Assembly (NCBI RefSeq): GCF_001194135.2
Contig: NC_068989.1
Span: forward strand, 52,753,143 to 52,790,800
From: Octopus bimaculoides
Taxonomy: Eukaryota
Direction of reading: 5' to 3'
DNA: 37,658 nucleotides
The notes under the pieces are model-generated. The model was not told where the DNA came from, did not search any database, and worked only from the letters and a program-made list of their open reading frames with translations. Positions 10,961 to 21,044 of this stretch are shown here, piece by piece; within the stretch, counting starts at the first letter, position 1; the number at the start of each line of letters is the position of its first letter. The translations under genes were made by a program, and so were the position numbers.

Positions 10961-11750
10961 GATTGTAAGATACCTACTAAATACCTTATCAGCAAAAGAG
11001 ATAAGGATGCCTCTAGACATCCGCGTTGTTATAGAAAGAATCAATTGTGACATACCACTGTGGATGATGTCGCTATCAGTACAATCTCAAAATGTTGCAT
11101 GACATTGCCTCCCCTGACTCAGTAACATTGTCGCTAAGATAGCCTTTAATGCTATACACACGAATGTTTGTATTGACGGATGTACAAGAAGCACACCAGA
11201 AACAGAGAATAGCCACGCCTTTTGAAATAAAAAGAACACTGGTGAAGTGTTTCAACAAGAACAGCAATCTATAGTAAGCACAACAGAGCATATATATTTG
11301 TAAGAGACAGAGAGCGGGGAAAATGAAAACATTTATGGAGAGTTGATGAGAAACCTACACATACCCGTATGCAACATACCCATGTATATAATCTCAAACC
11401 TCCAACAGCTGTTTTAAACAAAAGATCTTTGCTACTTTGTTAATAACTGGCTCGATTTATGCAAATGCAAATACTAAAATTAAACTTCATAGAACTATAG
11501 ATACATACATACATACATACACACATACATAAGGAGTTTACATATCCAGTACCCAAGATACGTTTTTAGTTTCACACCTACTGTTATTGGAGCAACAGGA
11601 TACATACCAGCCTATCTAGAGCAAAATATGGCTGAACTTCAGATTTTGAGGAGGAAACGCAAATCCTTAATTCATACACCACAAATTATCCCGGTATCTG
11701 AGACCATAAAAATCTGCATAACCGTCTTAAGAATGATGTTTAAAACAAGA
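10961..11750 (+). mobile_element. Decayed C-terminus of an RLE-type non-LTR retrotransposon (R4/NeSL/HERO-like)
   Basis: Frame-shifted pieces in the expected order: IPTKYLISKRDKDASRHPRC, NIVAKIAFNAIH, W*SVSTRTAIYSKHNRAYIFVRDRE (HNRPD-like), ENENIYGELMRNLH, RSLHIQYPRYVFSFTPTVIGATGYIP...ETIKICITVL. Confidence 0.75.
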
Positions 11751-12189
11751 TTCTTTCCTTCACAATCTCGCCACCAAGTATGAGATCGGTCAAACTTTAC
11801 TCTTAAATAAAAAATGAAAGAGAGCGTACATACATATATACATTCGCACAGAAGTACGTACGTACATCACACACACATCACACATACCTATTATTTTTGG
11901 ATCTACAGGTTATACATCATCCGACCTGGATCAACTGATCTTGGATTTACGGAGAAAGACTGTAGTTCCTTAATTCATAAGCTACAAATGACCACGATAT
12001 CTGAAATCTTCAAATTTTGCATAACGTTCTTACTTATATTAGAGACAATGACAATTTCCTTTCCTTGAGAACCTTGCGACAGGGAATTTGGTCGGTCAAA
12101 AATATACTAAAAATGAAGAGAACGAGGAAACAGACATACATGCGTGCATCAATATATGCATACGTGTATTGTAATACTAATTACTAAAT

Positions 12190-12486
12190 ACAGGCTAGTA
12201 ACGTTTTGGCAGAAAGGAGTTAATCTATTTAAATCAATCATATTTATTTCCGATTAAAGCTATACCTTCGACACTTGAGTGATGAAAGGCAAAGCTAATA
12301 TCAGTAGGATATGAATTTGAAACGGAAAGACCCGAAAGAAACACAATAAGGCATTTTACTGCCTGTCCAAGAAATCACGTCCCTTTCTATTGATTTAGAC
12401 ACAAGGTCAGCAATTTTGAGGAAAAATTACTTTATCGACCCTGAATGGATGAAAAGCAAAGTTCACCAAGCCGAAATTTGAACTTA
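12190..12486 (-). mobile_element. Two decayed SINE-B fragments
   Basis: tttatcgaccctgaatggatgaaaagcaaagttcaccaagccgaaatttgaact is the reverse complement of the SINE-B B-box plus central domain. Confidence 0.55.
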
Positions 12487-12900
12487 GGCGCAGGTGTGGC
12501 TGCATGTTCCCAACCACATGTTTTCATGTTCGGTCTCATTCTTGTTGCACCTTGGGTAAGTGTCTTATACTATAGCCTCGATCCGACCAAAGCTTTGAGA
12601 GTGGATTTTTGATAGAAGGAACCTGAAAGGTCACTGTGTGTCTGTGTGTGTGTCTGTGTGTGTGTGTGCGCGCGCGTGCGATTTTGTGTGTGTCTGTGTG
12701 TACTTGTGTATGTCACCTACTACCACTTTACAGCATGTGTTGGTGTGATTTTGTCCCCTTATCTTAGCGGTTCTGCTAATATGCCGATAGAAGAACCAGC
12801 GTTAACAAAATAACTACTGAGGTCGATTTGTTCATCTAAAATCTTCAATGTGGTTTCCCATTGTGGCCGCAGTCTAATGAATGAAACAAATAAAATATAA
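12487..12900 (+). mobile_element. SINE-A, near full length (tRNA-derived head, internal GT microsatellite, LINE-like tail)
   Basis: Head ggcgcaggtgtggctg...ccttgggtaagtgtctt, (GT)n/(GC)n at ~12635-12700, tail ...tgtggccgcagtctaatgaatgaaacaaataaaa. Antiparallel copy at 35530-35965. Confidence 0.8.
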
Positions 12901-13084
12901 AATATCAGTACATAAAGAGCCAGAAGAAATGACGCTACCCATTTTTTTTTCTGATGCTCTAATGCTTTTAACCCACCATCCTATAATTGTTTCTTCTTTA
13001 GGTACACTGCCAGCAGTTTTAAGGAACATTCAACTCCAGTACATGGCTGGTACTTAATTGTATCGGTGTGTTGTAATAATAGAA

Positions 13085-13292
13085 ATAATTGGTTTCAAGT
13101 TTTAGCACAAGGCCAGCGAGTCCGGGGTGGAGGTAAGTCGATTACATTAACTGCAGTATTTAACTGGTACCTATGTTATAGACCTCGAAAGGAAGAAAGG
13201 TGAAATCGACCTCGGTGGAATGTGAACTCAAAACAAAAAGACGCACAAAATGCAGCTAAGCATTTCAACCGGTATGCTAATGATTCTTCCAT
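13085..13292 (-). mobile_element. SINE-B, full length
   Basis: Reverse complement aligns to 15183-15395 (gagttcacattccaccgaggtcgatttcacctttcttcctttcgaggtctataacataggtaccag). Confidence 0.8.
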
Positions 13293-13381
13293 TTCGCTGC
13301 ATTAATTATATAGATAATTACATCATAAATATATCAAATATAATTTTCTCTTGTATAAAGTACTTTATATTAGACCGGTAG

Positions 13382-13780
13382 ACGGTGACGAGCTAGTGTA
13401 ATCGTTAGGATGCCAGATACACTATTTCGTGACCGTTCGTCTGTCTTTGCCTTTTGAGTTGGCTTGTCCTTCATTCTTTCATGGTCGAATGGCTACGCAC
13501 TTGTCAAGCACTGGGGTAGATATGATCAGCTACCTCGGCCCCCGAAATTTCAAATCTTGTGCTTATAATAGTGAGTATTATTGGAGCAGTAGAACTGCCG
13601 AGGTCGACTTTATCTTTTATCCTTTTGGGGGTCTATAAAATAAGTACCAGTCAAGCACTGAGGTCGATGTAATGAACTAGCTCTCACTCCCTTTAACTCT
13701 CAAGACCTGTACCAGTGGTAGAAAGTATTATTAGAGCTATAGTAAGACAGTGAGCTGGAGGAATCGTTAGCACGCCGAAA
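13382..13780 (+). mobile_element. Tandem SINE-B pieces: a copy at 13382-13580, a 3' half at 13590-13733, a head at 13746-13780
   Basis: Repeated gaatcgttag heads and repeated caagcactg.ggt.gat.t.at cores, each ending in attatt. Confidence 0.75.
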
Positions 13781-13869
13781 TTATACTGAAAATTCATGCT
13801 GTACACATTCCAAGTTACCTCCCGTTAATTTGAAAGAGATTTAGTATTACTACTCAACCAATACTGCTA

Positions 13870-13943
13870 AAGCTATTACCACCACCACAGCCACCACTAC
13901 CTCTACTACTACTAATACTACTACTAATAATAATAATAATAAC

Positions 13944-14002
<59 letters not shown>
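13870..14002. repeat. (CCA)->(CTA)->(TAA)n graded trinucleotide microsatellite
   Basis: Read directly. Confidence 0.95.
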
Positions 14003-14006
<4 letters not shown>

Positions 14007-14179
14007 GCAGTAGGGTTTAAATTCGATGGATAAATGCTTGATAGGTTAATCTGAAATCGTATGGGATTAGATAAAATTACCTTCCAGCAAACAGCAAGGA
14101 ATGATTTGAAATCGATTTTATCCTACCTTCAAGTAATCTGTATGCGATTTCCAATATCTGGAAGAGAGATAAGATGAAT

Positions 14180-14290
14180 TGTGCATTGTGGTTAAGAAGC
14201 TTGCTTCGAAATTACGTTGTCTTGGATTCAACTCCAGTGCGCGGCACCTTGAGCAAGCGCCTTTCTCTATTACCCCAAGATGACCAGTAG
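14180..14290 (+). mobile_element. SINE-A 5' head
   Basis: tgtggttaagaagcttgcttc...ggattcaactccagtgcgcggcaccttgagcaag, with A and B boxes. Confidence 0.65.
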
Positions 14291-14462
14291 ATAGGGTCTC
14301 AGTTCATTACCTCCCTTCATTTAAATCCACGTCCACACATATTTACACACACCAAACGCCTTCCATTTCCCCGCCTCCTCTAACCTCCTACCTTCTCTAC
14401 GCTGTTTTACTTACTCAGTACCCAAACCACACACACAACACTGACACAAGTAAAGTACGTAC

Positions 14463-14495
14463 CGAGTTTCATTTCAAAATAGTGACCTTGTATAA
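14463..14495 (-). CDS. Candidate 33-nt exon, product unknown (open frame reads IQGHYFEMKL)
   Basis: Minus strand: pyrimidine-rich tract ...ttaaattgcag| exon |gtacgt. One of three frames is open and the length is a multiple of 3. Splice signals are the only support. Confidence 0.25.
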
Positions 14496-14872
14496 CTGCA
14501 ATTTAACGTTTGAATCAAAAGCAAAAGTAAAAGAGACAGAAATTGTTACAATCACCAGAATACTTGCAACACTTTGAACTTTATTAAAAACAGAGCAAAA
14601 AAAAACTGACAACTAGAAAGAATATAGCAAGACGTTTTGTCCTACTTTCTAAAAATGTTCGCTTTAAATTTGTTCATATCGATTCATAATTTGATCTCCT
14701 TCACCATGATCTTTACTTGAAGCAATAACTACATATTAAACAGTTTTATGTATGAAAGAGCGAATATATGAAGAAAAGAACCTAACCCTTATATTATGAC
14801 TTGATCTCCCTTGTGACTAATATTTTCGTAAAGTATATGCCATTTATTCAATAACATCATTTTTCTGATTAT

Positions 14873-14880
<8 letters not shown>

Positions 14881-14945
<65 letters not shown>

Positions 14946-14956
14946 CCTCTCTCTCT
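14881..14956. repeat. (CT)n microsatellite
   Basis: Read directly. Confidence 0.95.
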
Positions 14957-15081
14957 GTATTTTTCATTGTGTGTTATAAACAGTCATATTAATTTTTATT
15001 TCGTTAGAATTTAGACTCTTAAAATTCTTCCCCACCCGTAATCCTTTTCAAATAGATTACGGTTATTGACGTTATTGTCGA

Positions 15082-15182
15082 TATTATTATCATCACCATC
15101 ACCTTCATCATCATCATCATTACCATCATCACCATCATCATTATTATTATTATTATTGTTATCATTATTATTATTATTATTA
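15082..15182. repeat. (CAT)/(CAC)/(ATT) compound microsatellite
   Basis: Read directly. Confidence 0.95.
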
Positions 15183-15395
15183 GAGCGGCGAGCTGGCAGA
15201 ATCGTTAGCGCGCCGGGCGAAATGCTTAGCGGTATTTCGCCCGTCTCTACGTTCTGAGTTCAAATTCCGCCGAGGTTAACTTTTCCTTTCCTTTCATCTT
15301 TTCGGGGTCAATGAAATGAGTACCAGTTACGCACTGGGGGTCAATGTAATCGACTTAATTCCCTTCCCCCAAGCTGCCCTGTGGAAAAATATGAA
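15183..15395 (+). mobile_element. SINE-B, best-preserved copy (tRNA-derived head plus Deu/Nin-like central domain)
   Basis: A box tggcagaatcg at 15194, B box gagttcaaattcc at 15256, then gccgaggttaac...ctttcatcttttcggggtcaatgaaatgagtaccag. At least seven homologous copies in the window. Confidence 0.9.
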
Positions 15396-15770
15396 GTGAA
15401 GAAGACAGCAATATATATACATACATATATATATATATGTATGTATGTATATATATATATATGTATTTATATTCATTTATATGAATATACATACATACAT
15501 ACATACTTAAATATATAAATTCATACATGCATACACCAGTTTATTGCATTTGCTTTTCTATGTCTGACAACATCCTGTCCAACAGAGGTTTCCATACTTG
15601 CCATATTTACAACTTCAGCCGCTTGTCACAAATAATAAATCTTTTATTTATGATGCACACCCATTCACACATATACCACATCCATATACACGCGTATGTG
15701 TGTGTGTGTACATATATAAATATAGTTACGTATACATATTTGTGTGTGTAATTATGAATATATATATATA

Positions 15771-15779
15771 TATTTATAT

Positions 15780-15810
<31 letters not shown>

Positions 15811-16103
15811 TGTGTTTCAGCCAAGTGGCTGCGGTCATGCTGGTGCACCACCGTCATTTTCACGTTCCTCGCATGGCTCTTCTCCCCCACCTGACATGGT
15901 CCAATCAAGAGTTTTGATGGCACATCTGGTGTATAAGAGAATTTGACATAGCTGCCCTAAACTGCGTCTCATTACGAGCCATTGGTTCGTCTGGTACCGT
16001 GGAGAGGAAAGTGTCAAGTTTTGTCTTGAAGACCTCCGTATCCATGTCTTGCATGTCTCTCAAATGTTTTGGCAGGGCATTGAAGAGCTGAGGTCCTCTG
16101 AAA
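15771..16103 (-). mobile_element. 3' end of a CR1-group LINE (ORF2 C-terminus, 3' UTR and (ATAA)n tail)
   Basis: The minus frame 16102->15905 reads FRGPQLFNALPKHLRDMQDMDTEVFKTKLDTFLSTVPDEPMARNETQFRAAMSNSLIHQMCHQNS*. GP.LFN.LP...FK.KLD.FL..VPD.P is the CR1-type terminal motif. Not in the ORF track. Confidence 0.85.
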
Positions 16104-16596
16104 NNNNNNNNNNNNNNNNNNNNNNNNNNNNNNNNNNNNNNNNNNNNNNNNNNNNNNNNNNNNNNNNNNNNNNNNNNNNNNNNNNNNNNNNNNNNNNNNN
16201 NNNNNNNNNNNNNNNNNNNNNNNNNNNNNNNNNNNNNNNNNNNNNNNNNNNNNNNNNNNNNNNNNNNNNNNNNNNNNNNNNNNNNNNNNNNNNNNNNNNN
16301 NNNNNNNNNNNNNNNNNNNNNNNNNNNNNNNNNNNNNNNNNNNNNNNNNNNNNNNNNNNNNNNNNNNNNNNNNNNNNNNNNNNNNNNNNNNNNNNNNNNN
16401 NNNNNNNNNNNNNNNNNNNNNNNNNNNNNNNNNNNNNNNNNNNNNNNNNNNNNNNNNNNNNNNNNNNNNNNNNNNNNNNNNNNNNNNNNNNNNNNNNNNN
16501 NNNNNNNNNNNNNNNNNNNNNNNNNNNNNNNNNNNNNNNNNNNNNNNNNNNNNNNNNNNNNNNNNNNNNNNNNNNNNNNNNNGTGTGTGTGTGTGT

Positions 16597-16650
<54 letters not shown>

Positions 16651-16760
16651 ATTACTTTCCATGAGAAGATTTTCAGTTCTAGTGTGAAATGGGCGGAGGT
16701 GGAGCTATGCGGCATTTATCACGTCTCCTCTCTCTTCACGGACAGAGTCACCCATTACTC

Positions 16761-17580
16761 AACAATACCTATTGCCATAGGTGCCCTGGGAATGACAGCG
16801 AAACGGGCTGATTACTACCTAGCTCAGATACCAGGAAACCCCAAAATGGCTGAAGTTCAAAATATAGTGCTCATGAGAACTGCCCATATCCTACGTAAAA
16901 TACTGTCTATGTGATCTCAAATTTTAAAGTAAACACATAACTTTCTTATGGTTTCTTAAACATTCACTAGAACAAAACTGTACAAATCCAAATATATGGT
17001 ACCCTAGGCATAACACCNNNNNNNNNNNNNNNNNNNNNNNNNNNNNNNNNNNNNNNNNNNNNNNNNNNNNNNNNNNNNNNNNNNNNNNNNNNNNNNNNNN
17101 NNNNNNNNNNNNNNNNNNNNNNNNNNNNNNNNNNNNNNNNNNNNNNNNNNNNNNNNNNNNNNNNNNNNNNNNNNNNNNNNNNNNNNNNNNNNNNNNNNNN
17201 NNNNNNNNNNNNNNNNNNNNNNNNNNNNNNNNNNNNNNNNNNNNNNNNNNNNNNNNNNNNNNNNNNNNNNNNNNNNNNNNNNNNNNCCTTTGGAAACATT
17301 GGTGTTTCGCTCAATATCCTTAAACAAACCTTATTCAGGGAGCTTTTGAGCGGGATGGGCTACTCGACCTGAAGAAAATTCTAACTCGGCTCCACCTTCG
17401 AGACCATTCGCTGGTTATCTTGATATGAGATCACCATATCACGCACATATGGTTGTGATGCATGTGCCTGGTGTACCCTTGCCACACGGGTAGTCATGAT
17501 GGGTATAATGGGCTTCGTATATTTTATCCCAGTGTCACTTTGATGGCATGCACTGCTCTCTCACTCAATAATAATAATAA
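16761..17580 (+). mobile_element. 5'-truncated R4/Dong-like LINE (RLE C-terminus and 3' UTR ending in (TAA)n)
   Basis: TIPIAIGALGMTAKRADYYLAQIPGNPKMAEVQNIVLMRTAHILRKILSM* (stop at 16912-16914) matches IP.VIGALG...Q...L.GTA.ILRK.L. The UTR spans the gap and ends ctctctcactc(aat)n. Confidence 0.85.
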
Positions 17581-17790
17581 CATCGAAAAATACCTTAGGA
17601 ATGAGTACCCAGGTTCGAAATTTCCCCAAGACACCTGTTGAAGGCTGGAGGGTATATCAGCCGAAACGTTGAGTTAACAACAAACAAGATGAGAACAAAT
17701 ATCCGTCAAATGTAAATAATGCTAATAATATAAATAATGTTAATAATATAAATAATGTACATAATTCCTCATCTCTTAAATGTAGAACTG
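17581..17790 (+). mobile_element. Penelope-like terminal repeat fragment
   Basis: B-box-like caggttcgaaat, then a hammerhead motif, then an AT-rich duplicated tail and ttcctcatctc. Confidence 0.6.
17630..17675 (+). ncRNA. Minimal hammerhead motif, probably inactive (core CTGTTGA)
   Basis: GACAC-CTGTTGA-A-GGCTG(gagggtatat)CAGCC-GAAACGTT-GAGTT. Loop-less palindromic helix III (AACGTT). Carries an A6U substitution and a stem I mismatch. Confidence 0.55.
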
Positions 17791-17939
17791 TAAACAAAAT
17801 CATTTCATTTTTATATTTGAATTCAAAAGGTATAATTATATATGAAATCAAAGGGTATAGATTTTTGTTGCTATTTCTAGCAGATCGACTGACCATGAAC
17901 ATATTTCGCATTACTGCTTCGTAACTATCGTAAACATGA

Positions 17940-18075
17940 GTCTAGTTGCATTTCCTGATAGTTGAAGTGTTGTTCTCACGATCGCAAGATTACAGCTTCG
18001 AGTGCTGGACCGAACAGCGGTTTGTATATTTTAGGACTTGGTTCCAGCCTACTCAACTGAATATGAGCACCAGCT
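17940..18075 (+). mobile_element. Decayed tRNA-derived SINE, probably a third family
   Basis: gatagttgaagtgttgttctcacgatcgcaagattacagcttcgagtgctggacc resembles a tRNA head, followed by ccagcctactcaactgaatatgagcacc. Confidence 0.4.
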
Positions 18076-18285
18076 GACTACTCATGCAGCTTTCTCTCTC
18101 CCAACTTTCACATCCTCATTGTTTCACTGGATAAAGGATTGGGAGAACTGAGCGAGTGTCGTTTTCGAGACTACGTAGTTAAATCACATGTTCCTACTCG
18201 CTTGCGTGTGACGGCTATGTTTTTGGTTTGTATTTTTTTAAGATGTTCGTACGCAACAGCAAGGGGATTTGTAATTTTGTTCATA

Positions 18286-18466
18286 TGCTGACAGAATTAT
18301 TAGCACGCCTTACAAGAAACTTAGCAGTATTTCTCCCGTTTAGAAGTACTGAGTTCATATTCCACCGAAGTCAAATTTTGAACTAGTTAAACACTGGGGT
18401 CGATGTAATCGCGAAGTCCCTTCCCACAGAATGTCAAACCTTGTGCTTGTATTAGAAAATATTATT
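18286..18466 (+). mobile_element. SINE-B with internal deletion
   Basis: cagaattattagcacgcc...gagttcatattccaccgaagtc...cactggggtcgatgtaatc...ccttgtgcttg...attatt. Confidence 0.7.
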
Positions 18467-19074
18467 TCGTTTACTGTGGCTTCTGACAGCACAACAGCTA
18501 TCCATGATCGCAAAGGTCTGCAATGCGAACCAAGAAGTGGAGAATATCTGCGTCGACCACGGAGAACGATTATTGTACTTATCGAATTCTATAAAACCAT
18601 ATAGGCCTAAATATAAATGTGCCGCAATGTAGTATTCTTCGCTATTTTACAGTGTGACGCATAATTAAAAGCAAATGTTCCATTACTCTGATGTTACGAG
18701 TTCAAATTCTAATAATGACCTGGTAGAAGTAAACAGAAAACCACTTCAGTCTATAATTTCCTTGCACCATAATATACGCACTGCCTCCGAACTCCTACTC
18801 CAAACAACCTAATAAACGTACAATATTAACTACTGCATCACTCGTTACTGTAGCTTTATAGTTGTGTCTTGTTCTCTAGCAACGTTGACTGTATTGTATA
18901 AAATAAACATCAAACGAAAATTCTACATGAATGGAGCAAGGTGCATAAAATATCTTACGGCGCTTTCTTCTTTAAAGTCTCTAGCTATCACACATTTTTA
19001 ATGTTTTATTCTATTTTGCCTTCTACTGTGAGTCCTGATTTTTTCCATTAATCCGAAATGTATGGTAATATAAG

Positions 19075-19205
19075 TGGTATGTTAGCAGAATCGTTAAAGG
19101 GACGAATAGAATGTTACGTGATATTTGTTCCAGCTTTTTACACTCTGAGATCAAATCTCAGTAAAGTCAACTTTGTCATTAATCCCTTCCGAGCCGAATA
19201 AGAAA
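19075..19205 (+). mobile_element. SINE-B 5' part, decayed
   Basis: ttagcagaatcgttaa...gagatcaaatctcagtaaagtcaactttgtcattaatccc. Confidence 0.55.
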
Positions 19206-19400
19206 TCAACAGTCCAGCTCGGTAGGTTGATGGAACTTCAATAACGTAAGACTGCCTTGCAGCATTTGATCTGGCTCTTCAAGTTCTAAGTTCATATCAT
19301 ACCATGGCAGTTTTGAATAATAGGCGACATCTTGTGACCTGAGTGATTTGAATGGAGAATCTACACTACAGCAAACATTTGAGGGGAATTTCCGATTTGC
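19206..19400 (-). pseudogene. Probable gypsy-type LTR retrotransposon integrase zinc-binding (HHCC) relic
   Basis: Mixed frames give ILHSNHSG...WYDMNLELEE...IKCCKA...HQPTELD, resembling LH.GH.G...W.GM..DIE..VK.C..C...P.TEL..W. Confidence 0.45.
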
Positions 19401-19479
19401 TAACACTTTCCTTCTTCTTTCACTTACCCTCGGAGGCGCTGTAAAGGGTTATGATACTGTCTTGTCTTCTGACTAAACG

Positions 19480-19605
19480 ATAGGGTTAAGAAGCACGCTT
19501 TGCAGCCATGTAATTTATGTTTCAGCTCCACTGAACGACATTTTATGCGAGTGTTAACTACTATAATCCCAGGTCCATTAATGCCTTGTAAATGAATTTG
19601 GTAGG
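19480..19605 (+). mobile_element. SINE-A 5' head, decayed
   Basis: gggttaagaagcacgctttgcagccatg...ctactataatcccagg...gccttgtaaatgaatttggtag. Confidence 0.55.
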
Positions 19606-19639
19606 AGGGGAATGTATAGATAACGAACTAGTTCGATAA

Positions 19640-19770
<131 letters not shown>

Positions 19771-20039
19771 ACAGATGATGCTCAATACAGAAAACACGTA
19801 GTATGGCCGGTCTCCCCACCCTGACGAAGAAAGCTTATTTTACGGGAATATTTATATGAAAAATAAATCTCTGAACGAGGTATAAACAGTAGCTGCACGA
19901 CAACGTGAAGTACATTTGCCACTTAAATGCGGCTAACCACTAAGGGTGGATGCTACTGTAGCTTGTAGCCCCAGGAGAACATCTCCTCCAACTGGCTAAT
20001 GACAAACGTTCTGTGCCCTATCAGTATTTGCAAAGGGAA

Positions 20040-20710
20040 GTCATCCTTCCCATCGTCGATTTGACGTCATACACACGGAGCCGGGTTTCTACCGACGAGT
20101 GCATGGAATATGAACGAAATGGAAAACAAATGGAAAACAGGACAAACAACACAAAGAACGACCCTTCATCAGTTGTTGGCTGTTTCTCTACTCTCATAAT
20201 TCGAGCATTTAACAACGATATATGCTTTCGATAAAACAGTTGCTCCCACAAAGCAAATTAAATAAAAGTTGGGATTTTGCGGAGGATCAAAGTTCGTTAC
20301 ACAAACAGGACAGTGAAAACAAATAGGAAGGATTGCTAAGCATAAACGAGGTTGTGGTGGCGAACACGTAAATCAATCTAGGACTGGAGACAGACTAGAA
20401 CGCGTCCCCCTTGATTCAGATACAACGGCGAGAAAGAAACACAAGTTAAGAGAAGAAAGAGGGCCGATGGTCACGTGGGAGCCACGTGAGCGAGGGGGGA
20501 AGAGTGACGGAGAGAGAGTGACAGACAGAGAAATCTGAAGAGGAGAGGAAATAATTGGTGATAGGATAACGGAGAAAACACAGAAGGGGGAGAAGTGTAG
20601 GTAGAAGAATAAAAAAGGAAAGAGTAAAAAGATAGAGTGCGAATCAGAATTATTAAGATAAAACTTACTTGGAAGAGGATGTGTAGCGTTCAATCATATA
20701 ATAGTATAAA
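20040..20710 (+). mobile_element. Second member of the hammerhead-bearing non-coding repeat family
   Basis: A purine-rich tract followed by aaaacttacttggaagaggatgtgtagcgttcaatcata aligns to the reverse complement of ~6915-6965. Has a CCGACGA...GAAA motif at 20092-20119. Confidence 0.45.
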
Positions 20711-21044
20711 TAATGTATGTATGTATGTGTATATATATATATATATATATATNNNNNNNNNNNNNNNNNNNNNNNNNNNNNNNNNNNNNNNNNNNNNNNN
20801 NNNNNNNNNNNNNNNNNNNNNNNNNNNNNNNNNNNNNNNNNNNNNNNNNNNNNNNNNNNNNNNNNNNNNNNNNNNNNNNNNNNNNNNNNNNNNNNNNNNN
20901 NNNNNNNNNNNNNNNNNNNNNNNNNNNNNNNNNNNNNNNNNNNNNNNNNNNNNNNNNNNNNNNNNNNNNNNNNNNNNNNNNNNNNNNNNNNNNNNNNNNN
21001 NNNNNNNNNNNNNNNNNNNNNNNNNNNNNNNTATATGAAGATAC

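Noticed and set aside
15183-15270. tRNA gene candidates at SINE heads
   Set aside because: A/B boxes are present, but there is no closable cloverleaf and each continues into a SINE body.
19815-19880. CTGACGA...GAAA motif
   Set aside because: No pairing for stem II, III or I could be found.
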